From positions 1-49,627 of the forward strand of contig CBIHNM010000001.1 in NCBI GenBank assembly GCA_966211265.1: a stretch of DNA of 49,627 bases, given 5' to 3'. Position 1 is the first letter of the stretch; each line of letters begins with the position of its first letter. Positions 19,399-29,379 of the stretch are shown one piece after another. The stretch is from an uncultured Pseudonocardia sp. (lineage in GTDB: Bacteria > Actinomycetota > Actinomycetes > Mycobacteriales > Pseudonocardiaceae). Below the pieces are notes generated by a model. That model was not told the DNA's origin, ran no database searches, and saw nothing but the letters and a program-made list of their open reading frames with translations. Both the position numbers and the translations under genes were made by a program.

Positions 19399-20496
19399 GT
19401 GTCACTGGTGCTGGGGATCGAGACCTCCTGCGACGAGACCGGAGCCGGGCTCGTCGCCGACGGCGTGCTGCTCGGCGACGGGCTCGCCTCCAGCGCCGAC
19501 GAGCACGCCCGCTTCGGCGGGGTGGTGCCCGAGGTCGCCGCGCGGGCGCACGTCAGCGCCGTCGTGCCGATGGTGCGGATGGCCCTGGACCGGGCCGGTG
19601 TCGCGCTGTCCGACGTCGACGCCGTCGCGGTCACGGCCGGTCCCGGGCTCTCCCCGGCGCTGCACGTCGGGGTGGCCGCGGCCAAGGCGTACGCGACCGC
19701 GCTCGGGGTGCCGCTGCACGGGGTGCACCACCTGGCCGGGCACGCCGCCGTCGACGTCCTGGAGCACGGGCCGCTGCCCGAGCGCGGCGTCGCGCTGATC
19801 GTCTCCGGCGGCCACACGTCGCTGCTGTCGATGGGCGACCTGGCCCGCGACCCGGTCGTGCACCTCGGCGACACCGTCGACGACGCGGCCGGTGAGGCCT
19901 TCGACAAGGTCGCCCGCCTGCTCGGGCTGCCCTACCCGGGCGGCCCGGCGATCTCGAAGGCCGCGCTCGAGGGCGACCCGCACGCCTACGCGTTCCCGCG
20001 CCCGATGACCGGCCCGCGCGACGCCCCGTTCGGCTTCTCCTTCTCCGGCCTCAAGACCGCCGTGGCGCGGCACGTGGAGGCGGCCCAGGACGCCGGGCGC
20101 GCGGTCGCCGTCCCGGACGTGGCCGCGTCGTTCCAGCAGGCGGTGGTCGACGTGCTGGTGCGCAAGGGTGTCCGCGCCTGCCGGGAGCAGGGCTCCGACA
20201 CCCTGCTGATGGTCGGCGGGGTCGCGGCGAACCGTGCCCTGCGCGAGGGCATGGAGACCGCGTGCGCCGCCGCCGGCATCACCCTGCGGGTGCCCGCCCC
20301 GCGGCTGTGCACCGACAACGGCGCGATGATCGCGGCCCTGGGCGACCTCCTGGTCCGCGCGGACGTCGCTCCGGCCGGCCTGGCCTCGACCGCCGTGCCG
20401 TCGGTCGAGCTGACCGGCGCCCTGGTCCCGGTCCCGCAGCCGGCCCGACCCGGCTCGTCCCGTCCCGGCACGGCCGAGACCGTGATCACCTCGTAG
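19399..20496 (+). CDS. tsaD: tRNA t6A37 threonylcarbamoyltransferase TsaD (stand-alone)
   Basis: [55 protein letters not shown]. Confidence 0.93.
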   Translation: MSLVLGIETSCDETGAGLVADGVLLGDGLASSADEHARFGGVVPEVAARAHVSAVVPMVRMALDRAGVALSDVDAVAVTAGPGLSPALHVGVAAAKAYATALGVPLHGVHHLAGHAAVDVLEHGPLPERGVALIVSGGHTSLLSMGDLARDPVVHLGDTVDDAAGEAFDKVARLLGLPYPGGPAISKAALEGDPHAYAFPRPMTGPRDAPFGFSFSGLKTAVARHVEAAQDAGRAVAVPDVAASFQQAVVDVLVRKGVRACREQGSDTLLMVGGVAANRALREGMETACAAAGITLRVPAPRLCTDNGAMIAALGDLLVRADVAPAGLASTAVPSVELTGALVPVPQPARPGSSRPGTAETVITS

Positions 20497-20506
20497 GCTC
20501 CGCGGT

Positions 20507-21412
20507 GTGCCTGCCGACCGACGACTGCTGCTCGTGCACGCCCACCCGGACGACGAGACGCTGACCACCGGCGGCACCATCGCGCGCTACGCGGCCGACC
20601 CGCGGACCGACGTCACCGTCGTGACCGCCACGCTCGGCGAGGAGGGCGAGGTCATCCCGCCGGCGCTGGCCGAGCTCGCGCCCGACCGCGCCGATCAGCT
20701 CGGCGGCTACCGGATCGGTGAGCTGGCCTCGGCGCTGGAGGCGCTCGGCTCGCCGGGCCACCGCTTCCTCGGCGGCACCGGCCGGTGGCGCGACAGCGGG
20801 ATGGTGCTGGCCGGGCACGGCACCCGCGCCGCGCTCCCGCCGCAGCTGCACCCCCGTGCGTTCGCCGCGCCGGAGCCGTTCGGGACCCAGCTCGCGCAGC
20901 TGCTGGAGATCGTCGACGAGGTGCGCCCGCAGGTGGTGGTGGGGTACGCCGACGACGGCGGGTACGGCCACCCGGACCACGTGCGCGTGCACGAGATCTG
21001 CGCGGCCGCGGTCGCGGCGCGCCCGGACGTCGTCGCCAAGCTCTACTACGCCGTCCAGTCCCGGTCCGAGCTCGACACCGGCATCGCCGACCTGGCCGGC
21101 CGCCCCGGGCTGCCGTTCACCGAACCCGCCCCGGACGAGCTGCCCAGCGTCGCCGACGCCGAGGTCACCACCCGGATCGACGTCTCCTGCGCGCGCGCGG
21201 CCCGGATCGCCGCGATGCGGGCGCACGCCACCCAGATCTCGGTGTGGGACGACGCCGACGACCCCGGTGCCGTGGTCTACGCCATGAGCAACGAGGTGGC
21301 CCAGCCGCTGCTGGAGGTCGAGGAGTTCGTGCTCGCCGGGGCGGGCCCCCGGTTCCTGGCCGACCGGGACGGGCGGCCCGAGACCGACCTGTTCGAAGGG
21401 ATCGACCCGTGA
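20507..21412 (+). CDS. mshB: GlcNAc-Ins deacetylase (mycothiol biosynthesis)
   Basis: VHAHPDDE, LGEEGEVI, DQLGGYRIGEL, WRDSGM, GYGHPDH; conserved position. Confidence 0.93.
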   Translation: MPADRRLLLVHAHPDDETLTTGGTIARYAADPRTDVTVVTATLGEEGEVIPPALAELAPDRADQLGGYRIGELASALEALGSPGHRFLGGTGRWRDSGMVLAGHGTRAALPPQLHPRAFAAPEPFGTQLAQLLEIVDEVRPQVVVGYADDGGYGHPDHVRVHEICAAAVAARPDVVAKLYYAVQSRSELDTGIADLAGRPGLPFTEPAPDELPSVADAEVTTRIDVSCARAARIAAMRAHATQISVWDDADDPGAVVYAMSNEVAQPLLEVEEFVLAGAGPRFLADRDGRPETDLFEGIDP

Positions 21413-21780
21413 CCCGCACCCCGATGCTGGTGGCCCTGCTGGTCATCTCGGTCCTGCTCGCCGTGCTGGAGCTGATGTTCCAGTCGCTCTACATCGGGCC
21501 GGTGCCGGTCCCGGTGGGCACACTGATGATCCTGCTGTCCATGCCGTGGCTGGTCGGGGCCACCGCCGAGCTGCTGCCCAGCCCGGGCGGCGCGGCCGCG
21601 CCGATCCTGGTCTGGTTCCTGACCACCGCGGTGGTCGGCGCGTTCGGGCCGGGCGGGGACACCCTGCTGCCGGCGGCGTGGCAGACGTTGCTGTTGCTGT
21701 TCACCGGCGTCACGGTCGGGCTGGTCTGTTTCCGGCGGGCGGTCGACCGAATGTCCACCTCAGGGAAGGTCCGATCGTGA
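21409..21780 (+). CDS. Small membrane protein downstream of mshB
   Basis: Four hydrophobic segments, GPGGDTLL motif, coupled to the mshB stop. Confidence 0.75.
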   Translation: MTRTPMLVALLVISVLLAVLELMFQSLYIGPVPVPVGTLMILLSMPWLVGATAELLPSPGGAAAPILVWFLTTAVVGAFGPGGDTLLPAAWQTLLLLFTGVTVGLVCFRRAVDRMSTSGKVRS

Positions 21781-22571
21781 GCGAGACCCCGATCAGCGAC
21801 GACGCGATCGTCACGATCCTGCGCCCGTTCGTCCGGGCGACCCGGCCGGTGCTCGACGGGCTGCGCGAGACCGACCCGTTCGGCCTGCGCTCGCGGGTCG
21901 GGCCGGGCGCCGCCGGCGCCGACGTCGAGCCGGAGGAGCGCACGCTCTCGGACCGGATCCTCGACGCGCTCGCCTCGGTGCAGGTCCCGGGGACGGCGGC
22001 GTGGGCGGAGATGGACGTCGAGGCCCGCGAGCACTGGTGGATCTACCGGGTGGGGCGCTTCACCACCCTGGTCGCGGCCATCCCGGGCCTGGGCGGTGCG
22101 CTGGCCCGCACGCTGCCGGTGTCGGCCGCGGTGGGGGCGGCCGGGCAGGGGCTGCTGCTGGTCGCGGTGGCCGGCGAGCACGGCGTCCGGGAGGAACGCC
22201 GGCTCGTCTCGCTGCTGGCCTCGGTGCTGTTCCGGCGTGAGATCGTGCCGGCGGAGGAGCTCAGCGCCGCCGACGACGCCGCCGCCGACGCGACCGCGGC
22301 CGAGCTCACCGGCGACCTGCACGGCGGCGGTCGCGGCGCCGGGACGACGCTGCGCCGGGTCGGGTCCGCCGTGTGGCGGCTGGGCCGGGCCCTCTGGTCG
22401 GTCGAGGACGAGCTGGACAAGCGCCCGCACGGGCGCTTCTACCACGAATGGCTCGGCCTGGTGCCCGTGGTCGGGGTGCTGGGCAAGTACCTGGGGGAGT
22501 GGTCCGGGCTCAAGCGCTCGGCCAGGTCCGGCCGTCGCTGGCTGGCCGACCGCGGGCTCGCGCAGGCCTGA
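21777..22571 (+). CDS. Hypothetical protein
   Basis: GTGA overlap with the upstream gene, coding-like GC3 bias, WWIYRVGRFTT and DELDKRP segments. Confidence 0.75.
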   Translation: MSETPISDDAIVTILRPFVRATRPVLDGLRETDPFGLRSRVGPGAAGADVEPEERTLSDRILDALASVQVPGTAAWAEMDVEAREHWWIYRVGRFTTLVAAIPGLGGALARTLPVSAAVGAAGQGLLLVAVAGEHGVREERRLVSLLASVLFRREIVPAEELSAADDAAADATAAELTGDLHGGGRGAGTTLRRVGSAVWRLGRALWSVEDELDKRPHGRFYHEWLGLVPVVGVLGKYLGEWSGLKRSARSGRRWLADRGLAQA

Positions 22572-22591
22572 CCCGGCCCGTCCCGGTGGGC

Positions 22592-23617
22592 TCAGGCCGT
22601 CGCCTCCGGCCCCGGGGCCAGGTAGTGGTAGCGGTGGTGCTCGGTGCAGCCCAGCCCCGCGAACAGCGCGCGCGAGGCCTCGTTGTGCAGCGCGACCTGT
22701 GCGATGGCGAACCGCGCGCCGCGCGCGGCGCCCCACGCCGCCGCCTCCGCGGTCAGCCGGGCCGCCACTCCGCTCCGGCGCGCCGGAGCGGCGGTGTGCA
22801 GCCGGGACAGGTACAGGTGGTCGGCCACGACGGTCGCGCGCACGGCACCGACCACGTCGGTGCCGCGGCGGGCCAGCCCGAACCCCGACCGCGGCCCGTC
22901 CGGGCCGGGTACCAGCACCCGTGCCCGGGCGGCGGCCCCGGGGTCGGCGGGACCCTCGCCGAACACGCCCCACCAGGCCGTCCCCGGCTCGGGGTCGAAC
23001 ACGACCTCGGCCGCACCGCCGGGTGCGCGCGCGAGCGTGTCCAGGTCGGCCACCAGCACCGCCACCTCCGAGCCGGCGGGCCGGTCGGGGTCGAGCACCC
23101 AGCCGGCGTCCCGGACCCGGTTCGACCACGGCGAGCCCTGCGGTGTCGCGACGACCGGCGCGATCGCGTGCTCGGCGGCGAACGCGCGGACCGCGACCAG
23201 GGCGTCGGCGACCGGCATCCCCGGATCCGCGGCGGCCAGCGCGGAGTTCGCCCGGCGGGTGAACCCGCCCGCCGCGCGCAGCCGCCACCCGCCCAGGTCC
23301 CGGCGCACGACCGGTGGCCAGGCGTCGGCACAGAGCTGCTCCAGATGGGCCACCGCGGCCCAGGACGGCCGCCGCGGCGGGGCCGGCCCGACGGCGCGGA
23401 CGGCGACCACCTCGGCCGGATCCACCCGGACCGGGCCGGACCGGGCGTGCACGACGAACGTGCCGTCGCCGGAGCCGGTGAGCTCCCCGACCGCGTCGGT
23501 GAACCGGGGGCCGGGACCGTCGTCGCGCGAGATCCGCCGGCGGAGCGAGACACGCTGTCCGACCAGCGCGGCGAGCCGGTCGCCGAACCGCTGCGATGTG
23601 ACCAAGGTCAGGTGCAC
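22592..23617 (-). CDS. GNAT-family acetyltransferase
   Basis: GGFTRRANS, ARRSGVA acetyl-CoA motif, NEASRALFAGLG..HHRYHY. Confidence 0.85.
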   Translation of the reverse strand: MHLTLVTSQRFGDRLAALVGQRVSLRRRISRDDGPGPRFTDAVGELTGSGDGTFVVHARSGPVRVDPAEVVAVRAVGPAPPRRPSWAAVAHLEQLCADAWPPVVRRDLGGWRLRAAGGFTRRANSALAAADPGMPVADALVAVRAFAAEHAIAPVVATPQGSPWSNRVRDAGWVLDPDRPAGSEVAVLVADLDTLARAPGGAAEVVFDPEPGTAWWGVFGEGPADPGAAARARVLVPGPDGPRSGFGLARRGTDVVGAVRATVVADHLYLSRLHTAAPARRSGVAARLTAEAAAWGAARGARFAIAQVALHNEASRALFAGLGCTEHHRYHYLAPGPEATA

Positions 23618-23734
23618 CTCTCTCCTGCCCCCGCGGGGTGCGCGGGTTAACCTGCCGGGTAGTCGTAGTTGACCGGACACCTCACCACCACATTCTTCCG
23701 GGGGTGTCCGCAACCCGAGTGGAGGACCACCGAA

Positions 23735-24061
23735 GTGACCTACGTGATCGCCGAGCCCTGTGTCGACCTGCTCGACAAGGCGTGCATCGAGGAATGCCCG
23801 GTGGACTGCATCTACGAGGGCGGCCGGATGCTCTACATCCACCCCGACGAGTGCGTGGACTGCGGCGCGTGCGAGCCGGTCTGCCCGGTCGAGGCGATCT
23901 ACTACGAGGACGACGTCCCCGAGCAGTGGTCCGCCTACACCAAGGCCAACGTCGACTTCTTCGACGAGCTGGGCTCGCCCGGCGGCGCGTCCAAGGTCGG
24001 CAAGGTCGACAAGGACGTGGAGCCGGCCGCGAGCCTGCCGCCCCAGTCGCACGACGAGTGA
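23735..24061 (+). CDS. fdxA: 7Fe ferredoxin
   Basis: [28 protein letters not shown] and [20 protein letters not shown]. Confidence 0.96.
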   Translation: MTYVIAEPCVDLLDKACIEECPVDCIYEGGRMLYIHPDECVDCGACEPVCPVEAIYYEDDVPEQWSAYTKANVDFFDELGSPGGASKVGKVDKDVEPAASLPPQSHDE

Positions 24062-25161
24062 GTCGTAGACAGCTCCCGGACTTCCCCTGGGACTCCCTCG
24101 GTGCCGCGCGCGAGCGGGCCACCGCCCACCCGGACGGGTTGGTGGACCTCTCCGTCGGCACCCCGGTCGACCCGGTGCCCGACGTCGTGCGCGAGGCCCT
24201 GTGCGGGCCCGCGTCGACGGAGCCCGGGTACCCGACCACGCACGGCCCGGCCGGGCTCCGCGAGGCCGTGGCGGCCTCGCTGGAGCGCCGGTTCGGCGTG
24301 CGCGGGGTGGACCCGGTCGCGGTGCTGCCGACGATCGGGTCCAAGGAGATGGTGGCGTGGCTGCCGACGCTGCTGGACCTGCGTGCCGGCGACGGCGTCG
24401 TCATCCCCGAGCTGGCCTACCCGACCTACGAGGTGGGCGCGCGGCTGGCCGGGCTCGACCCCGTCCGGTCCGACGGCCTGACCGCGGCCGGGCCGGGGCG
24501 GGTCCGCCTGGTCTGGCTCAACTCGCCGTCCAACCCGACCGGGCGGGTGCTCCCGGTCGCGCACCTGCGCAAGGTCGTGACGTGGGCGCGGGAGCGCGGC
24601 GCGGTCGTCGCCTCCGACGAGTGCTATCTCGGGCTGCCCGGTGCCGCGGACCCGTCGCCGCTCTCGGTGCTGCACCCCGACGTCTGCGACGGCGACCACA
24701 CCGGCCTCCTGGCGGTGCACTCGCTGTCGAAGGTGTCGAACCTGGCCGGGTACCGCGCCGGGTTCGTGACCGGCGACGCGGACCTGGTCGCCGGGTTGCT
24801 GGAGGTTCGCAAGCACGCCGGGATGATCGTCCCGCGGCCGGTGCAGGCGGCGTTGGCCGCCGCGGTGTCCGACGACGCGCACGTCGCGGTCCAGGCCGCC
24901 CGCTACGAGTCGCGCCGCGCCCGGCTGCGCGCCGGGCTGGAGGCGTTCGGCCTCGCGATCGAGCACTCGGAGGCCGGGCTCTACCTGTGGGCCACCGGGG
25001 GCGAGCACTGCCGGGTGACGGTCGAGCGCCTGGCCGAGCGCGGGATCCTGGTCGCGCCCGGTGAGTTCTACGGCCCCGCAGGCTCCGCGCACGTCCGGGT
25101 CGCGCTGACCGCCTCCGACGATCGGATCGACACGGCCGCGCGCCGCCTCGGCGCCTCGTGA
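24058..25161 (+). CDS. dapC: N-succinyldiaminopimelate aminotransferase
   Basis: [42 protein letters not shown]; coupled to the ferredoxin gene. Confidence 0.93.
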   Translation: MSRRQLPDFPWDSLGAARERATAHPDGLVDLSVGTPVDPVPDVVREALCGPASTEPGYPTTHGPAGLREAVAASLERRFGVRGVDPVAVLPTIGSKEMVAWLPTLLDLRAGDGVVIPELAYPTYEVGARLAGLDPVRSDGLTAAGPGRVRLVWLNSPSNPTGRVLPVAHLRKVVTWARERGAVVASDECYLGLPGAADPSPLSVLHPDVCDGDHTGLLAVHSLSKVSNLAGYRAGFVTGDADLVAGLLEVRKHAGMIVPRPVQAALAAAVSDDAHVAVQAARYESRRARLRAGLEAFGLAIEHSEAGLYLWATGGEHCRVTVERLAERGILVAPGEFYGPAGSAHVRVALTASDDRIDTAARRLGAS

Positions 25162-26450
25162 GCGGCCGGGACCCCGCTCCCGCCGACACCGGGCCGCGGG
25201 GTCCCGCGACGGACCGGGCGGCCGGGCCCCGGGTGCCGCCGTGGCTGGTGCTGCTCGGCGTGCTGGCGCTGGCCGCCAACCTGCGCGCCGCCCTGGCCGG
25301 GTACCCGCCACTGCTCGAGACCGCCCGCGACCAGCTGGGCGTGACCTCGGCCGCGGCCGGCCTGGTGCAGGCCGGCGCGGTGCTGACGATGTCGCTGGCG
25401 TCGTTCACCGCGGCCCCGCTGGCCGCGCGCCTCGGGCGGGAGCGGTCGCTCGGCGGCGCCGTCGGCCTGATCGCGCTGGGCAGCCTGGTGCGCGGCGTCG
25501 CCGCCCTGCCCGCGCTCGTCGGCGGCAGCCTGCTGGTCGGGTTCGGCATCGGCACCGCCGGGGTCCTGATCACCGGGGTCGTCAAGGAGCACCTGCCCGA
25601 GCGGGCCGGGGCCGCCAGCGGCGCCTACGTCGTCTCGATGATGATCGGCGCGACGGTCTCGTCCGCGATCGCCGTTCCGCTCGCGGTCGGTCTGGGCGGC
25701 TGGTCGTTCTCGCTCGCGGTGTGGGCCGTCCCGGCCGTGCTGGCGCTGGGGGCCTGGGTGCCGGTCGCGCTGCGGATCGGCCGTTCCGGGCCGGTGCCGG
25801 GCGCTCCCGTCGACGGCGGCGGGGAGCCGCCCGGGCAGGACACGCGGCCGCGCGCCCGGCCGTGGCACGACCCGTTCGCGCGCCGTGCCGCCTGCTACCT
25901 GGCCGGGTCGTCGGGGATCTTCTACGGCTGGCTGACCTGGCTGGCCCCGCTCTACGAGTCCTACGGCTGGAGCCCGCAGCGCGCCGGCCTGCTGCTCTCG
26001 GCGTGGAGCATCGCCCAGATCCCGGCCGCGCTGGTGATGCCCGCGCTGGCCGAGCGGCGGCGTCGGTGGCGGTTCTGGGCCTCGCTGACGGTGCTCAGCG
26101 GGGTGACCGGCACGCTCGGCACGCTGCTGGCGCCGGGGGCGTCCACGGTCGCGCCGTGGGTGTGGGCGGTGCTGATCGGGATCGGCGTCGGGGGCGGGTT
26201 CCCGCTGGGGCTCGCCGTGATCGCCTGGCGCACCCCGGACGCGGCCCGCAGCGCCTCGGTCTCGGGGTTCGCGCTCGGCGTCGGTTACCTGGCGGCCGGG
26301 CTGGGCCCCCTGGTGATGGGCCTGCTGATCGACCTCACCGGAGGTTTCCCGGCCGCGATCGCGGTGATCCTGGCCTCGGCGACGCTGCAGGCGGGGGCGA
26401 TCTGGAGGGTCGGGGACCGCCCCGCTACAGCGAGCCCGCCCGTTCGTTGA
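25158..26450 (+). CDS. MFS transporter, CynX/NimT-like
   Basis: ALAANLRA N-terminus, about 12 hydrophobic segments, GVGYLAAGLGP. Confidence 0.85.
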   Translation: MSGRDPAPADTGPRGPATDRAAGPRVPPWLVLLGVLALAANLRAALAGYPPLLETARDQLGVTSAAAGLVQAGAVLTMSLASFTAAPLAARLGRERSLGGAVGLIALGSLVRGVAALPALVGGSLLVGFGIGTAGVLITGVVKEHLPERAGAASGAYVVSMMIGATVSSAIAVPLAVGLGGWSFSLAVWAVPAVLALGAWVPVALRIGRSGPVPGAPVDGGGEPPGQDTRPRARPWHDPFARRAACYLAGSSGIFYGWLTWLAPLYESYGWSPQRAGLLLSAWSIAQIPAALVMPALAERRRRWRFWASLTVLSGVTGTLGTLLAPGASTVAPWVWAVLIGIGVGGGFPLGLAVIAWRTPDAARSASVSGFALGVGYLAAGLGPLVMGLLIDLTGGFPAAIAVILASATLQAGAIWRVGDRPATASPPVR

Positions 26451-27447
26451 GCGTCTGCCAGGCCGCCCACCACCGCCCGCGCAGCTCCTCGGCGCGGGCG
26501 CGCTCGCGTTCCACGAGCCGGCCGCCGACGAACACGACGTGCGCGTCCGGGGCGTCACCGAGGTCGTCGAGCAGCGACCGGATCCGGTGCTCGGCCACGC
26601 AGGCGTCCTGGTGGTCGCCGAGCACCTCCTGCAGCTCCGCCGAGGACGCCAGCGTCTTGCGGATCTGCTTGGCCGCCCGGGTACGCCGGCCCTTCCCGTC
26701 CCGCATCGCCGGTTCCACCAGCTCGCCGGTGTAGCGCAGCCGCTTCGTGCGGATCCGCAGGTCGTGCAGGGTCATGTCCGGCGGGTCCTCGCCGGCGCGG
26801 CGGACCGCCTTGTCCAGCTTGCGCGCCTCGGCCCGCACCAGGTCGATCAACTCCGGGCGGGCGAGGTCGGCAGGCGGCTCCGGCAGCGGCTCGGCCACCG
26901 CGGCCTCGAGGCGGCGCAGCAGCGCCGCGTACCGCTCGTCGTCCAGGGCCGCGAGCATCTCGATCCGGGCCTGCCCGCGCTCCTGTTCGAGGCGGGCGAC
27001 CAGCCGGTCCCCGGCCACGCGCTCGGCGGCGGGCAGATCGGTGATCTCCCCGCGCAGCCGGGCGATCATGACGTCGAGATCGCGCACCGGCCCCAGCGCC
27101 CGCCCGAGCCAGCCCAGCTCGGCCCGCAGTGCGTCCGCCCACCGCGCGTCGAGCAGCGTGCGGGCCGCCTTGAGCGCGGCCCGCATCCGGCGGACCGAGA
27201 CCCGCATCTGGTGCAGGTCCTCGATGTCGGCCCCGGCGCGGGTGCCGGGGTCGTGCAGCAGCAGCGACCGCAGCCGCTTGTCCAGCAGGACCCGGACGTG
27301 GTGCACGGCCGGGGCGCCGGGCTCGGCGCGGACCGCGTCCGGGAGCTCCTCCAGGCGCAGGGGGCCGTGCTGCGGGCCGTCCGGGTCGTCGGAGGCGGCG
27401 GGCGCGCCACCCGTCGCGTCGGTGGTCACGGACGAGGAGGAGGTCAC
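26425..27447 (-). CDS. CHAD domain protein
   Basis: LHQMRVSVRRMRA, LGPVRDLDV, LHDLRIRTKRLRY, LQEVLGDHQD. Confidence 0.9.
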   Translation of the reverse strand: MTSSSSVTTDATGGAPAASDDPDGPQHGPLRLEELPDAVRAEPGAPAVHHVRVLLDKRLRSLLLHDPGTRAGADIEDLHQMRVSVRRMRAALKAARTLLDARWADALRAELGWLGRALGPVRDLDVMIARLRGEITDLPAAERVAGDRLVARLEQERGQARIEMLAALDDERYAALLRRLEAAVAEPLPEPPADLARPELIDLVRAEARKLDKAVRRAGEDPPDMTLHDLRIRTKRLRYTGELVEPAMRDGKGRRTRAAKQIRKTLASSAELQEVLGDHQDACVAEHRIRSLLDDLGDAPDAHVVFVGGRLVERERARAEELRGRWWAAWQTLNERAGSL

Positions 27448-27454
27448 GGCCGTC

Positions 27455-28399
27455 CTAGTTCGCGTGCAGCGCGGAGTTGAGGGCGATGCCCTCGCCGGTG
27501 CGGGGGAGCACCTCGACGGCGCCGGTGACGGAGTTGCGCCGCAGCAGCAGCCCGTCCTGCCCGGAGAACGTCCCGGCCTTGGCGGTCGCGCCGTCCGGCA
27601 GCGTCACCTTGGTGCCGGCGGTCACGTAGAGCCCGGCCTCGACGACGCAGTCGTCGCCGAGGGAGATCCCGATGCCCGCGTTGGCGCCGAGCAGGCAGCG
27701 CCGCCCGATCGAGATGACCTCCTTGCCGCCACCGGAGAGCGTGCCCATGACCGAGGCGCTGCCGCCCAGGTCGGACCCGTCACCGACGACCACACCCGCC
27801 GAGATCCGGCCCTCGACCATCGACGCGCCGAGCGTGCCGGCGTTGAAGTTGACGAAGCCCTCGTGCATGACGGTGGTGCCCTCGGCCAGGTGCGCGCCCA
27901 GCCGGACCCGGTCGGCGTCGCCGATGCGGATCCCGCTCGGCAGCACGTAGTCCACCATCCGCGGGAACTTGTCCACACTGTGCACGGTGACGTGCCCGCG
28001 CCGGCGCAGCTTCGCCCGCACCAGCTCGAAACCGGGGACCGCGCACGGCCCGTGGTTGGTCCACACGACGTTGGCCAGCAGCCCGAACTGGCCCTCCAGG
28101 TTCGCCTGGTGCGGGCCGATCAGCCGGTGGCTGAGCAGGTGCAGGCGCAGGTAGACGTCGGCCGCGTCGGCCGCCGGCTCGGCCAGGGAGGCGATCTCGG
28201 TCCGGACGACCCGGGTGCTCACGCCCCGGTCCTCGTCGGTGCCGGTCAGCGCCTCCAGGTCGGCGGTCGGGTCCTCGGCGGCGCCCCGGCTCCCGGCCAG
28301 CTGCGGGGCCGGGTACCAGACGTCGAGGACGGTGCCCTCGGAGGTGATGGTGGCCAGGCCGGTGCCGGAAGCGCCCTCACGGCGGTACTCGGTGCTCAC
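27455..28399 (-). CDS. dapD: Tetrahydrodipicolinate N-succinyltransferase
   Basis: [52 protein letters not shown]. Confidence 0.95.
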   Translation of the reverse strand: MSTEYRREGASGTGLATITSEGTVLDVWYPAPQLAGSRGAAEDPTADLEALTGTDEDRGVSTRVVRTEIASLAEPAADAADVYLRLHLLSHRLIGPHQANLEGQFGLLANVVWTNHGPCAVPGFELVRAKLRRRGHVTVHSVDKFPRMVDYVLPSGIRIGDADRVRLGAHLAEGTTVMHEGFVNFNAGTLGASMVEGRISAGVVVGDGSDLGGSASVMGTLSGGGKEVISIGRRCLLGANAGIGISLGDDCVVEAGLYVTAGTKVTLPDGATAKAGTFSGQDGLLLRRNSVTGAVEVLPRTGEGIALNSALHAN

Positions 28400-28783
28400 G
28401 GACGCCGAAACTACCTGCCGGGCGGCCGCGGGACCCGCGCGGGCGGACGTGCCGGTACCGGGCGACTCGGACCTCCCACTGGCTGCGCGTCCGCGCGATG
28501 TCCCGCTTGACCCTGTCCCGATGACACGTCTCGGGCGGGCGCGCCAGCCCGTAGAGCGTTCCCCACCACTGGCCGGAGCCCGGGTCGACGATCGTGTCCA
28601 GATGTGACGGGTAGCGATCCGGGCGATCGTCGACCGCGACAGACCGGTGCGGTGGGCCATCTCGCGCTGGCTCGCGTCAGCACGACGGCGCGCTGCGCGA
28701 CACAGCCCTGCCGGGTCCGGGTAGGCGCGCGGTTCGCCCGGCCGCGCCGGATCCGCTGCCGTCCGGTGCGCGTCGTCGTTCAC
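28377..28783 (-). pseudogene. XRE-family HTH protein pseudogene (internal deletion with frameshift)
   Basis: One frame reads [30 protein letters not shown]; near 28615 another frame continues [35 protein letters not shown]...SQWEVR. Confidence 0.7.
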
Positions 28784-28833
28784 GGGATCAGGGTGCAGCG
28801 GGATCACGGACTCGGACGGCACGGTCGTGAGCC

Positions 28834-28862
28834 TGTGGACAGCCGCTCGGGGTTGTGGACAG
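28834..28862 (-). repeat. Two DnaA-box-like nonamers (CTGTCCACA), 20-bp period
   Basis: TGTGGACAG at 28834-28842 and 28854-28862. Confidence 0.5.
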
Positions 28863-28896
28863 GTCGGTTCCGTCCGCGTGGATCGGGTCGTTCGGG

Positions 28897-29287
28897 GCAC
28901 GCTTTGCAATGCACACCCCTGCGCGTCCGGCCGAGGTCGCGTCCCGTGTCGGGTATCCGGGGCATCCCGTCGCGCCGATCGGCCGGGAACACCCCGCGGT
29001 GCGTCGGCCCGGCAGTTCGCGGAACCGGGGGTGAGATGACGCTGATGACCGTCCGCTCGCCGTCACCGGACCACCACCGTCCTCTCACCGGCGGCCCGGC
29101 GGCGGCCTCCGCGGCGGTGATCGGGCAGACCGCCTGCTTCCGGTCCGACCGCGCCCGACCCGGCGCGATCGACGGCCGGTACGGCATCGGCAGCAGGACC
29201 GGCCTCCTGCGGTGGGCGGCTTCCGGAGAGGCGCTGCCGGTGCCGGCGGCGCCGCGGAGGCGTGGGGGTGTGCATTGCAAAGCGTGC
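28897..29287. repeat. 391-bp element bounded by 23-bp perfect inverted repeats (MITE/REP-like)
   Basis: GCACGCTTTGCAATGCACACCCC at 28897-28919 and its reverse complement at 29265-29287. Confidence 0.7.
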
Positions 29288-29379
29288 TCACACCGGGGGT
29301 GCGACCGGTGTGGGCCGTCGGCGCGGCGGCCGGACCGTCCTGGGACCGGACCCGGATGCGGGTGGGTAGCGTCGTGGGC

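Noticed and set aside
28605..28625. Programmed frameshift in the HTH gene
   Set aside because: No slippery run is present and coding sequence appears to be missing, which fits a deletion better
27455..28909. 484-aa DapD with a 170-aa N-terminal extension
   Set aside because: DapD similarity begins at GTG 28399, which has its own -10; the extension is the pseudogene frame
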